A stretch of 44,464 nt of DNA, from positions 1 through 44,464 of the forward strand of contig BTQB01000001.1 in assembly GCA_036985655.1 (NCBI GenBank), given 5' to 3'. Made by a program: the position numbers and the translations under genes. The first letter of the stretch is position 1; each line of letters begins with the position of its first letter. Shown piece after piece: positions 19,005 through 28,471 of this stretch. This DNA is from Anaerolineae bacterium. GTDB lineage: Bacteria; Chloroflexota; Anaerolineae; Promineifilales; Promineifilaceae. The notes below the pieces were generated by a model. That model was given only the letters and a program-made list of their open reading frames with translations. It was not told where the DNA came from and did not search any database.

Positions 19005-19891
19005 TGAGCAGTAAGAAAAGCCGCCAATTCATTGATATCATTCATAATACAGTCAGGATGAATCGAGGAGGATTGCACATCTTTCTCGCGGGTTATTCCT
19101 GAAAGCAGCAATATGGTCTTCAATCCAGCAGCGTGTCCTCCAGCAATATCGGTTGCGAGACGGTCACCTACTATGGCTGTTGTCTGTGGATTATTTCCAA
19201 GGAGGTGCAGAGCTTCTTGAAAAAGGGGGAGGTTTGGTTTACCAATAACCAGGGGTGTTTGGCCAGTGGCTGCTTCAAGATAAGCCAAAAGCGATCCAGC
19301 TCCGGGTAATGGTCCGTGCTCAGTCGGTATGCTTACATCTGGATTGGTGCCAATGAATTGGGCGCCATTATTAATCAGGTACGCTGCGCTTGCCAGCTGC
19401 GGGTAACAGACATAACGAGTAAAACCGACGACAACAAATTCAGCTCTGGCATCGCTGCCGACGAAGGATTCTCCATTAAGGATGTGAAATCCCTGGTCAG
19501 TCATGGCCTGAAACAAACCTTTCTCTCCGATAATATAGGCGGTTTCACCCTTAGGGAAGTTGTGGCGCAAATAGCGTGCTGTGGCCTCGGCCGAATTCAA
19601 GATTAATTCCTTAGAAATTTCGACGCCAAAACCTGCTAACCGGTTTGCATACATCTCAGCTGTCTTTGTGGCATTGTTCGTTGCTAAAACATAATCGACT
19701 CCCAGCTGGTTCAACGTATCGAAAAAGTCAACCAGGCCGGGCATAGGTGTTTCGCCCCGCCACAGAACGCCATCCATGTCCAATATTAGATCTGTTATCT
19801 TCAAATCGATGCAAGTCATAAGGGATGGATTATACAGTATGGTCAAAGCTAGAGTAAGAGCATAATGTTTTGAGCTGGCTAAGGCTGTCAT
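19001..19891 (-). CDS. HAD-IIA family sugar-phosphate phosphatase (NagD-like)
   Basis: 296 aa with DMDGVLWRG, ATNN and GD.L.TDI.GG. The in-frame ATG at 19819 (MTCIDLKITDLILDMDG) is a plausible alternative start. Confidence 0.8.
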   Translation of the reverse strand: MTALASSKHYALTLALTILYNPSLMTCIDLKITDLILDMDGVLWRGETPMPGLVDFFDTLNQLGVDYVLATNNATKTAEMYANRLAGFGVEISKELILNSAEATARYLRHNFPKGETAYIIGEKGLFQAMTDQGFHILNGESFVGSDARAEFVVVGFTRYVCYPQLASAAYLINNGAQFIGTNPDVSIPTEHGPLPGAGSLLAYLEAATGQTPLVIGKPNLPLFQEALHLLGNNPQTTAIVGDRLATDIAGGHAAGLKTILLLSGITREKDVQSSSIHPDCIMNDINELAAFLTAQ

Positions 19892-19978
19892 GGCTCTGGA
19901 GTGCCTATCTGCTCAATGCTATAATTTCGGAACACAGCACGCACTGGCGTGCTTTGAAAACTTATGTTGTAGAATTCT

Positions 19979-21556
19979 TTGTTGGAGCGTATGTCGATCA
20001 AATTGCGTTATGGACTAATAGGTCTGATATTACTGGCCTTCAGCCTACGTCTCCACAGTTTCTTTACCGGATCATTTCAAGCTGACGAAGCTCTATTCGC
20101 AAGCTGGGCTCGACTAATTGCTGTCTTTCGCGATCCCCTTTTACAAAGCCAATTAGTGGATAAACCTCCACTGTTGTTTTATCTCCAAGCTCTCTTTTAT
20201 CCACTATTAGGACCAGTGGACCAAGCCGCAAGACTCCCGAATTTGATCTCTTCGATACTATTTATCCCGTTATCTTATCTACTTACCTGGCGCCTTTACC
20301 ATGACGAGATCGCCGGTCTCATAGTCACGCTCTTAGTAACGCTGTCACCCCTAGTAATTCGATACAGCGCAACAGCCTATATCGACCCCTTAATGATTAC
20401 ATTGGCAACCATATCTCTGGTTATCACAGCAGGTTATTTTCCTAATAAAACCAGTAAACTCGATGGAATTGACTCTTCAAGTAATATCAAGCAGGGGCCG
20501 GATGGGGCAAAATCTGGGCGCCCGGATTTTGCTCCCTATGGTGTAGGTTTAGTGTTTGGATTGGCGCTGGCAGCTAAATATCAAGTCTTACTATATTTGC
20601 CCCTATTAGTTGGCTTAGCTCTAATAAATGGCTGGAAATGGCGCCACTGGCGGCGTGGAATATCATCCTTCGCCGTTGTGTTAGCAATTCTTATATGGTG
20701 GGATTTTCTTCAGGATGGGAAATTGAGTCTAATCAGCAATCAGTGGCGATCGATCGGTGGCTTGCGAATAATCTGGTCCCAGGAATTAACACCCCGATTG
20801 GCAAGTTGGACGTTGGATTGGACATCAATTTTTGGAATCCCAGCCCTCTTAGTCGTATTGTTTCTCGGTTCACCCATCTTATTGTATGGATTTTTTCGAG
20901 AAAAAAACCGGACAACAGCCATCGATACACTTCTTCTCTTGTTTTCGGTGGGCTATTTTTTCCTTCATTGGCTTGTAGCTATCCCATTATGGTCACGCTA
21001 TATCCTCCTTGCTGCCCCAATTGTAATAATCCTATTTGCACGCCTGCTGTTGCAGCTGTGGCTGAATACCTCAAGGGTAATTCAAAGGAGTCGTTTAAAG
21101 AAGACAGCCCAATATCAACTGTCCTGGCTGTGGTTGATCGTCTTCTTATTGATTGGTCTATCACCTGCACTGCGTGCCCGAGAAGGAGAAGTTCCTTTGA
21201 GCGATCTCCATCAATCAGACAATAGCATAGAGGAAATAGCGGCTTATCTGTCTGATTCGGCGAGTGCGGCTGTTCTGTATGATCATTGGTTTAGCTGGTA
21301 TTGGCGATATTTTCTGTTTGACAGTGAAATATATGTTAGCTGGTTTCCAGATTATGAATCCTTATCTCGCGATCTATTAGTTTTCGGCCGAGATGGAACA
21401 GAAAGATACATAGCCCTGCCAAATGATGAGCAGGCTAAACCAATAATTCGGGCGGTTATTGCCGCTGGTTTCTATTTAGACGAAGTCGTCTACCAAAGTG
21501 TTAGAGAAAATAGTGCTATTACTTTGTACAAGATTGGGGCTGGCAAAGTTGACTAG
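19979..21556 (+). CDS. GT-C membrane glycosyltransferase, family 39 (ArnT/PMT-like)
   Basis: 525 aa with more than 10 TM helices. The first-loop acidic motif is ADEALFASWA, followed by DKPPLLFY, typical of ArnT/PMT_2 enzymes. It has a soluble C-terminal domain of about 130 aa. Confidence 0.75.
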   Translation: MLERMSIKLRYGLIGLILLAFSLRLHSFFTGSFQADEALFASWARLIAVFRDPLLQSQLVDKPPLLFYLQALFYPLLGPVDQAARLPNLISSILFIPLSYLLTWRLYHDEIAGLIVTLLVTLSPLVIRYSATAYIDPLMITLATISLVITAGYFPNKTSKLDGIDSSSNIKQGPDGAKSGRPDFAPYGVGLVFGLALAAKYQVLLYLPLLVGLALINGWKWRHWRRGISSFAVVLAILIWWDFLQDGKLSLISNQWRSIGGLRIIWSQELTPRLASWTLDWTSIFGIPALLVVLFLGSPILLYGFFREKNRTTAIDTLLLLFSVGYFFLHWLVAIPLWSRYILLAAPIVIILFARLLLQLWLNTSRVIQRSRLKKTAQYQLSWLWLIVFLLIGLSPALRAREGEVPLSDLHQSDNSIEEIAAYLSDSASAAVLYDHWFSWYWRYFLFDSEIYVSWFPDYESLSRDLLVFGRDGTERYIALPNDEQAKPIIRAVIAAGFYLDEVVYQSVRENSAITLYKIGAGKVD

Positions 21557-21590
21557 GCATGTTTAAGGTTGGTTCAAAGAACGTACAACC

Positions 21591-24419
21591 GTGATTAAGA
21601 GTCGATACAGATCTATTTTGGCTTTGCTTGCCTTACTGGTTATTATCCTCATCTTTTTTTCTAAGATCCTTTTTTCAAACCTGGTAATTGCCCGTGGGGA
21701 TATATTCCTATTTTTCTTTCCTTATTGGGAAGCTGCTTCAAGGGCAGTGAAGGCGGGGGCGCTTCCGAATTGGAATGACAGCCTCTTCATGGGTGCGCCG
21801 CTGTTAGCCAACAGCCAGGTTGGTTTTTTTTATCCTTTAAATTGGCTTGTGTGGTTGTTTTTTGATACCCCGAAAGCCCTGACTATTAGCATCGTTCTGC
21901 ACATAATCGTAGCAGGGGTCGGCGCTTATCTACTCGGTAGAAAGTGCTTAAAGCTTGGCCAGATAGGCAGTCTAATAGTAGCTGTGCTATTTTCCTTGGG
22001 AGGCTATTTCACCTCCCAAGTCGAGCATATCAACCAACTTCAGGGGATGGCCTGGCTGCCCTGGTTTTGTCTTGTCCAATGTGGTTGGATAAGGAAAGAA
22101 TTTAGCTGGCGAAAGGCAGCGTCCCCGGCATTGGCCTTTGCAATATTGTTAACTTTTCAGATCCTCGCTGGCCACACCCAAACCACATTTATAACATTGG
22201 CGGCACTCTTACTCTGGTCCATTACTGAAAGTATTCTTAACGAGAAAGGAGTCGGTGACAATAGGATCTCCCGGAAATTAAGAATAACCTCCTTCTTTCG
22301 GCGGCTGCTTTTTGCCATGCTGCCTTTAATCATTGGCGGCCTCATCGCTCTACTCATATCTTCAGTTCAGCTGCTCCCCACATTTGAGCTAATCAGCCAA
22401 TCAACTCGCCAGGGTGGGCTTCCAGCAAGTGAAGTACTCTCATTTTCACTTCATCCATTGATATTGACGAGAGCGTTGCTGCCGGTTTTTGAGATACCCA
22501 TCTTTAGCGAGTACGTTGCTGGCTTACCAATTATTGCCCTGGTTTTGGCCTTCCTGGCAGCTTGGTATGGTCGAGGTCAACGGGGGCCAATGATAGCCCT
22601 TATCCTTATGGTTTCTGGATTGTTATTGGCATTAGGTGCGTTTAATCCAATTTACCATGTCTTTGCCCGCCTGCCTGTATTTAATCTATTTCGGGCGCCT
22701 GCAAGATGGCTGATTTTATACACACTTGGGGCATCTATGCTGGCCGGAATCGGCTGGCAATATCTCGCTGACTCAATAAGAGGTGAAAAAGAGTCATTTA
22801 AGATTAGCAGTTTGAGAAGGCCCTTAACTATAGCGCTGGCACTTATTTTGATCTTGATGGTCTGGGGAGTAATCTCGGTTCTATTGTCCAGATATTTACC
22901 AGTTTCAAAAGAAGCGCCGATTCAAATGCCATCAATGCGTTCCTGGATTGCCTGGTTGGTGGAGCTGGCGATTGTTGGTGGATTGCTCATTATCTTTTCC
23001 CGGCGCAGATCAACCTATCTTCTTTTCCTAATACCCATCATACTGGTTGTCATTCTCTACTTGGGGAGCCGACAGCTTCCATATAACAGCCCTACAACTC
23101 CAGAAGCGTACAGTGATTTAAGGCCGCCAATCGCACGGCTGCTGGCATCCGAAGAGTGTGCTGCCCCTGATTCATGCCAGGCGCCAGGCGGGCGACTATT
23201 GAGCATGTCGGAGATTTTTTTTGATCTTGGCGACCAGGAGGAAATAAACAGCATTTATGAGGACCAATTATCTGAGCAGGCTCAATACGATTACACCGTG
23301 GCGATTAAACAGAAGGAGGTATTGGGTCCAAATCTACCCCTGGCCTTCGGTCTACAATCTGTCGATGGTTTTGATGGCGGGCTGTTACCTCTAAAGAATT
23401 TCAGCGAAATAACGAAATTACTGCTCCAAGCGGGAGCGGAAAGCAGCGATGGCCGGCTGCGTGAATTCATGACTGAAGTGCCAAAAGATCGGTGGCTAGA
23501 TCTCTTCAATGTTCGCTACTTAATAACAGATAAGGTTGGCGATCAATGGCGGGAGGATGTCTTTTTTGATTTACAAAATCCCGCTCTCTTACTGCCTGGT
23601 GGTTCTCCAGTTCCTGTCGGGTATCTGCCATCATTTGAGGCAACAGAGGCCTGGATGATCTCCTCTGGTGATCCGGGATTTCTCCAGGTCGTTACCCGAG
23701 ATGGAGAGAGTTGGACTATTGAACCCGAGGCAGAAGCAGGTGATCTGATAAGATTTCGCTGGCCCAGGCCAGCAGTCGCCAATGTCATTAATCTTCTGCC
23801 TTGTAATGTTGAAATTAGAACCGCAGATAGATGCCAGGAAGCATGGGAAGCCAAGGCGCTTAGTCTGGTTGACGGTCGTGATGAATCTTTTTACCCCTTG
23901 GCGTTAGGTCTGTATAGGATTATCCACTCAGGAGATGTAAAGATCTACGAAAATCTGGATGTGTTACCTCGTTCTTTCCTGGTAAATGAGTGGGCTTACG
24001 CTCCAGATATCGAGGGAAGCCTGGATCGAATGGGTGAGGACGGATTCGATCCCAGGACACAGGCTGTTTTGATTGGTGATGGCGAAAATAGTGATAATCA
24101 AAACGGTGAAGGCCGAGTATCGTTTAACTATTACAAGCCAGGAGATGTTTCCTTAAATGTGACGAGCAACAAGCCATCACTTTTGATTCTTACCGACAGC
24201 ATTTACCCTGGATGGAAGGCAACAATCGACGGCGCTAAGGTCGAGATCTACCAAACAGATATAAATTTTCGAGGTGTCATGGTTCCGGAAGGAGAACATA
24301 TCGTAAAGTTCTCCTATGAACCCAGGTCACAAAAGCTCGGAATAATTTTCTCGATCATCGGTCTTTTAGGCTTTATTGTCCTTGGTGTTTTTACCCGGTT
24401 AGGTAGCCGTGAAAATTAG
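21591..24419 (+). CDS. YfhO-family large polytopic membrane protein (putative glycosyltransferase)
   Basis: 942 aa with many N-terminal TM helices. The C-terminal signature is SIYPGWKATIDGAKVEIYQTDINFRGVMVPEGEHIVKFSYEP followed by a final TM helix, as in YfhO proteins. The start codon is GTG, 34 nt after the GT39 gene. Confidence 0.7.
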   Translation: MIKSRYRSILALLALLVIILIFFSKILFSNLVIARGDIFLFFFPYWEAASRAVKAGALPNWNDSLFMGAPLLANSQVGFFYPLNWLVWLFFDTPKALTISIVLHIIVAGVGAYLLGRKCLKLGQIGSLIVAVLFSLGGYFTSQVEHINQLQGMAWLPWFCLVQCGWIRKEFSWRKAASPALAFAILLTFQILAGHTQTTFITLAALLLWSITESILNEKGVGDNRISRKLRITSFFRRLLFAMLPLIIGGLIALLISSVQLLPTFELISQSTRQGGLPASEVLSFSLHPLILTRALLPVFEIPIFSEYVAGLPIIALVLAFLAAWYGRGQRGPMIALILMVSGLLLALGAFNPIYHVFARLPVFNLFRAPARWLILYTLGASMLAGIGWQYLADSIRGEKESFKISSLRRPLTIALALILILMVWGVISVLLSRYLPVSKEAPIQMPSMRSWIAWLVELAIVGGLLIIFSRRRSTYLLFLIPIILVVILYLGSRQLPYNSPTTPEAYSDLRPPIARLLASEECAAPDSCQAPGGRLLSMSEIFFDLGDQEEINSIYEDQLSEQAQYDYTVAIKQKEVLGPNLPLAFGLQSVDGFDGGLLPLKNFSEITKLLLQAGAESSDGRLREFMTEVPKDRWLDLFNVRYLITDKVGDQWREDVFFDLQNPALLLPGGSPVPVGYLPSFEATEAWMISSGDPGFLQVVTRDGESWTIEPEAEAGDLIRFRWPRPAVANVINLLPCNVEIRTADRCQEAWEAKALSLVDGRDESFYPLALGLYRIIHSGDVKIYENLDVLPRSFLVNEWAYAPDIEGSLDRMGEDGFDPRTQAVLIGDGENSDNQNGEGRVSFNYYKPGDVSLNVTSNKPSLLILTDSIYPGWKATIDGAKVEIYQTDINFRGVMVPEGEHIVKFSYEPRSQKLGIIFSIIGLLGFIVLGVFTRLGSREN

Positions 24420-24448
24420 CAGGGTCTAAAATAGGCTGATGAACCAGG

Positions 24449-25594
24449 TTACACGCCGAAAACATGGGTGATGGTTGTCGAGGCTGCGCCGCCGATACTT
24501 TGCAAAAGCGCGATTTTTGGGCCATCAAGCTGGGCTGCCTCCGCCCGGCCGGTCAGCTGAAGAAAAATCTCGCAGGTCTGATAAAGGGCAGTAGCTCCTA
24601 TCGGATGTCCCCGGGCCTTTAATCCGCCCATTGTTGAAATTGGTATACGGCCGTCCCGTTTAATTTCACCTTCAGTCGCCAACTGCCATCCTTTCCCCAG
24701 CTCAGCAAATCCACTAGCCTCTAAACATAAACAGGCCATTATGCTGAAGGCATCGTGAAGCTCAAAGAGATCGATGTCGTTAGAGGCAAGTTTCGCTTCA
24801 GCCAGCGCCTTCTGGCAGGACAGCCTTGTTCCTTCAAGGTTTAGCGGGTTGGGCCTGTCGGCTAAACGGAATCGATCCGTGGCGACACCGGAACCTAGTA
24901 AATGAACTGGAGTGCTACAATAGTGACCAGCCTGGTCGCTTGGAGCGAGAATAACCGCGGCTGCGCCATCACAGATAGGTGAACAATCCAGCAATCGAAC
25001 TGGTGCGAAAATTAACCTTGAAGATAGTACATCTTCGGCGTCGAATTGGCGGTTCTGGAACAGGGCAAATGGATTATTTGCTCCATTATGGTGGGCATTG
25101 ACGGAGAATAAGGCCAGGGCGTCATCTGGAGGCCTGTACCGTTCTAAATAAGCCTCCATCAATCTCGCATTATGACTGATCATAGTAGCGCCATCTGGAA
25201 CCTCGACAACAGCGTCGAGAGCTTTGGCCAGGGCTGGTGTTGACAAGCCACCTTCCATTTTTTCAACCCCGGCGACCACGGCAAGGTCGACAGCGCCGCT
25301 GGCAACTGCCATCGAACCCACTCGCAGAGCGGCCGCTCCTACCGCAGTGGCAGCTCTAATTTGGATCGCTTCAACGCCAAATAGACCGGCTTCGTCAGCG
25401 ATTAGGGCTGCCAGGTGCTTCTGCCTTTGCAGCTCATCACTTAACATATTACTTACATAAAGCGCGTCGATTTCATTCACTCCTGCAGCATCCATGGCCT
25501 GTCGAACTACCAGGGCCCCCATTTTAGATATTGAGAGGTCATACGATTTTTTCACCGGGAGTTGTCCTATACCAACAATACTTACTGATCGCAA
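24449..25594 (-). CDS. thiolase-like protein (SCP-x/archaeal-type) with Thr in place of the nucleophilic Cys
   Basis: 381 aa. It has the thiolase-fold motifs ...AGVEKM..., GGLKARGHPIGATAL and IGGAAS. The segment IRAATAVGAAALRVGSMAVASGAVDLAVVAGVEKM aligns without gaps to my recollection of the SCP-x-type motif NNNCATGSTAL(x20)GFEKM, which puts Thr83 at the Cys position. Confidence 0.7.
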   Translation of the reverse strand: MRSVSIVGIGQLPVKKSYDLSISKMGALVVRQAMDAAGVNEIDALYVSNMLSDELQRQKHLAALIADEAGLFGVEAIQIRAATAVGAAALRVGSMAVASGAVDLAVVAGVEKMEGGLSTPALAKALDAVVEVPDGATMISHNARLMEAYLERYRPPDDALALFSVNAHHNGANNPFALFQNRQFDAEDVLSSRLIFAPVRLLDCSPICDGAAAVILAPSDQAGHYCSTPVHLLGSGVATDRFRLADRPNPLNLEGTRLSCQKALAEAKLASNDIDLFELHDAFSIMACLCLEASGFAELGKGWQLATEGEIKRDGRIPISTMGGLKARGHPIGATALYQTCEIFLQLTGRAEAAQLDGPKIALLQSIGGAASTTITHVFGV

Positions 25595-25610
25595 TTCGCT
25601 CCTCCGCGTA

Positions 25611-25639
25611 TTGACAATAATTTGTGAATAAAAGATAAT
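25611..25639 (+). promoter_or_regulatory. near-consensus sigma70-type promoter for the Mo-hydroxylase/amidase/FdrA gene string
   Basis: TTGACA (25611-25616), a 17-nt spacer, then GATAAT (25634-25639), 75 nt upstream of the ATG at 25714. It lies in the divergent intergenic region shared with the thiolase-like gene. An imperfect inverted repeat AAGATAATG...CATTATATCTT overlaps the -10 element. Confidence 0.45.
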
Positions 25640-25713
25640 GTTTTGCCTACTTTCCCATTATATCTTAAGGGTCCCACAGCCAGAACTTCTATATCGATCC
25701 AAGGAAATTATAT

Positions 25714-26586
25714 ATGAAGCCAGCGCCCTTTGAGTATGTTGTCCCCGATTCTCTAACTGAAGTTCTAGAGTTGGTCGCTAAACATGGCGAGGACGCTAAG
25801 CTATTGGCAGGTGGACAAAGCATTGTTCCGGCAATGAACTTCAGACTCACTCAACCAAGCCTCATAGTCGACCTTAATCGATTAGATGAATTAAATTTTA
25901 TCAACGAGGGTAGTAATGGGGTTCTGAAGATCGGGGCGATGACCAGGCAGCGCCAACTAGAGAGAGACCCGGTAATAAAGGCAAAGGCGCCATTACTTCA
26001 TGAAACAATGCCATATATTGCCCATGAACAGATCCGAAATCGAGGGACTCTTGGAGGAAGCATCGCCCACGCCGATCCAGCCTCTGAGATTCCGGTGATT
26101 ATTACTGCCTTAGGCGGCCGTATTCTCTTTCAATCCCTAAAGGGTCAAAGATGGGTGGCTGCCGATGAATGTTTTGTAGGTATTTTTACGACGGACATAG
26201 CTCCTGATGAGGTATTAATCGAGGTGGAAATTCCTCCACTTCCTGATCGCACTGGATGGGCCTTTACGGAATTTGCTCGTCGTCGAGGTGACTATGCGCT
26301 TATAGGTTTGGCTGTTGTAATGACGTTAGATGAAGAGGGTGTCTGCCTGGCTACTAAAGTTGTCTACTTAAATGCTGGAGACCTGCCTGTAAATGCTGAA
26401 GCAGCATCGTCGTTATTGGTTGGGGAAAGGCCCACCGACAAATTATTTGAAGCTGTCGCGGAAGAGGCCCAAATGGAAATAAATCCCACTGGCGACATCC
26501 ATGCGACTGAACCATACCTTCGACATCTGGCCAAAGTCTTGACAATACGCGCCTTAAATCGTGCTTATGAACGGATCGCAGTGTGA
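25714..26586 (+). CDS. molybdenum hydroxylase FAD-binding (medium, CoxM/XdhB-like) subunit
   Basis: 290 aa. It begins MKPAPFEYV.P.SL.E and has LLAGGQSIVP.MNFRL and IRNRGTLGGSIAHADPASE, typical of FAD_binding_5/CO_deh_flav_C proteins. Confidence 0.85.
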   Translation: MKPAPFEYVVPDSLTEVLELVAKHGEDAKLLAGGQSIVPAMNFRLTQPSLIVDLNRLDELNFINEGSNGVLKIGAMTRQRQLERDPVIKAKAPLLHETMPYIAHEQIRNRGTLGGSIAHADPASEIPVIITALGGRILFQSLKGQRWVAADECFVGIFTTDIAPDEVLIEVEIPPLPDRTGWAFTEFARRRGDYALIGLAVVMTLDEEGVCLATKVVYLNAGDLPVNAEAASSLLVGERPTDKLFEAVAEEAQMEINPTGDIHATEPYLRHLAKVLTIRALNRAYERIAV

Positions 26587-26634
26587 GAAAAACCACCAAA
26601 AGATTTTTCTTGGACCTAATAACTGGAAATTTGG

Positions 26635-27147
26635 ATGAACGAGCTTTTTGAAGTAAATCTGATAGTTAATAGGAAATCATATTCACGCCGAGTGGAACCT
26701 CGACTGCTCTTAAGTGACTTTCTGCGGCATGACCTGGATCTTACAGGGACCCATGTCGGTTGTGAGCATGGTGTTTGCGGCGCTTGCACCATCCTGTTTG
26801 ACGGTCTGCCTATTCGTTCTTGCCTTATGTTCGCGGTTCAGGCGGACGGGCACGAATTGACAACAGTAGAAGGATTGTCCTCATTCGGAAGCGAAAGAAA
26901 TGGGGAACTTCATCCCATCCAACAAGCCTTTTGGGAAAAACATGGATTACAATGTGGGTTCTGTACTGCTGGAATATTGATGACCATGTCAGTCTACTTA
27001 AAGGAGAATCCCAAGCCATCTGAACATGACGTTAGAGAGGCCTTGTCCGGCCATCTTTGTCGCTGTACGGGATACCAACATATCGTTGATGCAGTTTTAT
27101 TGGCCGCAGAGAAGATGCAGGTTTCTACGATGGATATCCCAGGGTAA
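26635..27147 (+). CDS. molybdenum hydroxylase [2Fe-2S] (small, CoxS-like) subunit
   Basis: 170 aa with both cluster motifs: GCEHGVCGACTI...SC and QCGFCTAG ... CRCTGY. Confidence 0.9.
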   Translation: MNELFEVNLIVNRKSYSRRVEPRLLLSDFLRHDLDLTGTHVGCEHGVCGACTILFDGLPIRSCLMFAVQADGHELTTVEGLSSFGSERNGELHPIQQAFWEKHGLQCGFCTAGILMTMSVYLKENPKPSEHDVREALSGHLCRCTGYQHIVDAVLLAAEKMQVSTMDIPG

Positions 27148-27156
27148 TTAACTGCC

Positions 27157-28446
27157 ATGGCTTATCAAGTCGTCTCAGCATTAATTAACTCCTTACGATC
27201 GGGTGCGCTTCCCTTACAGGATTATTTGGCCGAGATTGAAAGCACCTATAAAGAACGAGAACCGACAGTTTGCGCTTTTTTAAGTGAAGCCCGCAGGTTT
27301 AGCAGGCTGCGGAGAAAAGCAATAGTTATTGAAAGAGAAAATCCCCAGCCAATTAATCGACCTCCACTTTATGGCATTCCCATTGGGGTAAAAGATATCT
27401 TCCGCGTTGATGGTTTTGAGACCCATGCGGGCAGCAAGCTGCCGGCCGAGGTATTAAAGGGGCGTGAAGCCCGAGTGGTAACCTTATTGAAAGAGGCCGG
27501 CTGTTTGATCATGGGGAAAACTCAAACAACTGAATTTGCCTATTTTGCCGCTGGTCCAACTCGAAACCCCCATGCGCCCGATCACACACCTGGCGGCTCG
27601 AGCAGCGGATCAGCGGCCGCAGTTGCCGCAGGCCTTTGCCCGATTGCCCTGGGAACGCAAACGATCGGCTCCATTATTCGACCCGCTGCATATTGCGGCG
27701 TGGTTGGATACAAACCCAGTTATGATCGGATTTCTAAGGCCGGCGTTATCCCCTTAGCGCCATCGCTGGACCACGTGGGATTTTTCGCTTACGAAGTTCC
27801 AGCTGTTGAACTAGTAGCCAGTCTATTATGCCCTGATTGGCACTTGACTGTTAGCGAATCTTTACCAGTCCTTGGCATTCCAAAAGGCCCATATCTGGAA
27901 CATGTCACATCGGAAGGTCAGGAAAATTTCGTAGAATCAATAGATCGATTAAATAAGGCTGGATGTATCGTAAAAGAAGTTCAAACGATGCAAAATTTTT
28001 GTGATATTGTCGAGCGTCATGGATTAATATTAGCGGCTGAAGCAGCTCAGGTTCATGCGACCTGGTTTTCTGAATTTGGCGAACTTTACCATCCGAAGAC
28101 GGCTGATTTGATAAGAGAAGGGCGGATCGTTTCGGTTGGAGAGCTGGCTGAAGCTCTGACAGGCCGGCAGCAGCTCAGGAGAGAGTTGACCAGCCTAATG
28201 GATGACCACAGTATTGATTTATGGGTATCACCAGCAGCAACCGGTTTTGCACCAAAGGGTCTTGAAAACACCGGGGACCCGGTAATGAATCTCCCCTGGA
28301 CCCACAGTGGTTTGCCAACCGTGACTATACCGAGCGGAAAAAATGCAGCCGGGCTGCCTCTTGGGCTTCAGATTGTGGGTCGCTGGTACGAAGATGAGCG
28401 GCTTTTGGATTGGTCCATTGAGCTTGAAAGGATAATAACTAAATAA
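27157..28446 (+). CDS. amidase-signature (AS) family amidase
   Basis: 429 aa with GIPIGVKDIF (catalytic Lys) and GGSSSGSAAAVAAG (the Ser-cisSer signature). It starts 9 nt after the 2Fe-2S gene. Confidence 0.85.
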   Translation: MAYQVVSALINSLRSGALPLQDYLAEIESTYKEREPTVCAFLSEARRFSRLRRKAIVIERENPQPINRPPLYGIPIGVKDIFRVDGFETHAGSKLPAEVLKGREARVVTLLKEAGCLIMGKTQTTEFAYFAAGPTRNPHAPDHTPGGSSSGSAAAVAAGLCPIALGTQTIGSIIRPAAYCGVVGYKPSYDRISKAGVIPLAPSLDHVGFFAYEVPAVELVASLLCPDWHLTVSESLPVLGIPKGPYLEHVTSEGQENFVESIDRLNKAGCIVKEVQTMQNFCDIVERHGLILAAEAAQVHATWFSEFGELYHPKTADLIREGRIVSVGELAEALTGRQQLRRELTSLMDDHSIDLWVSPAATGFAPKGLENTGDPVMNLPWTHSGLPTVTIPSGKNAAGLPLGLQIVGRWYEDERLLDWSIELERIITK

Positions 28447-28471
28447 GATTGCTCTAACTCAAGAAAATTCT

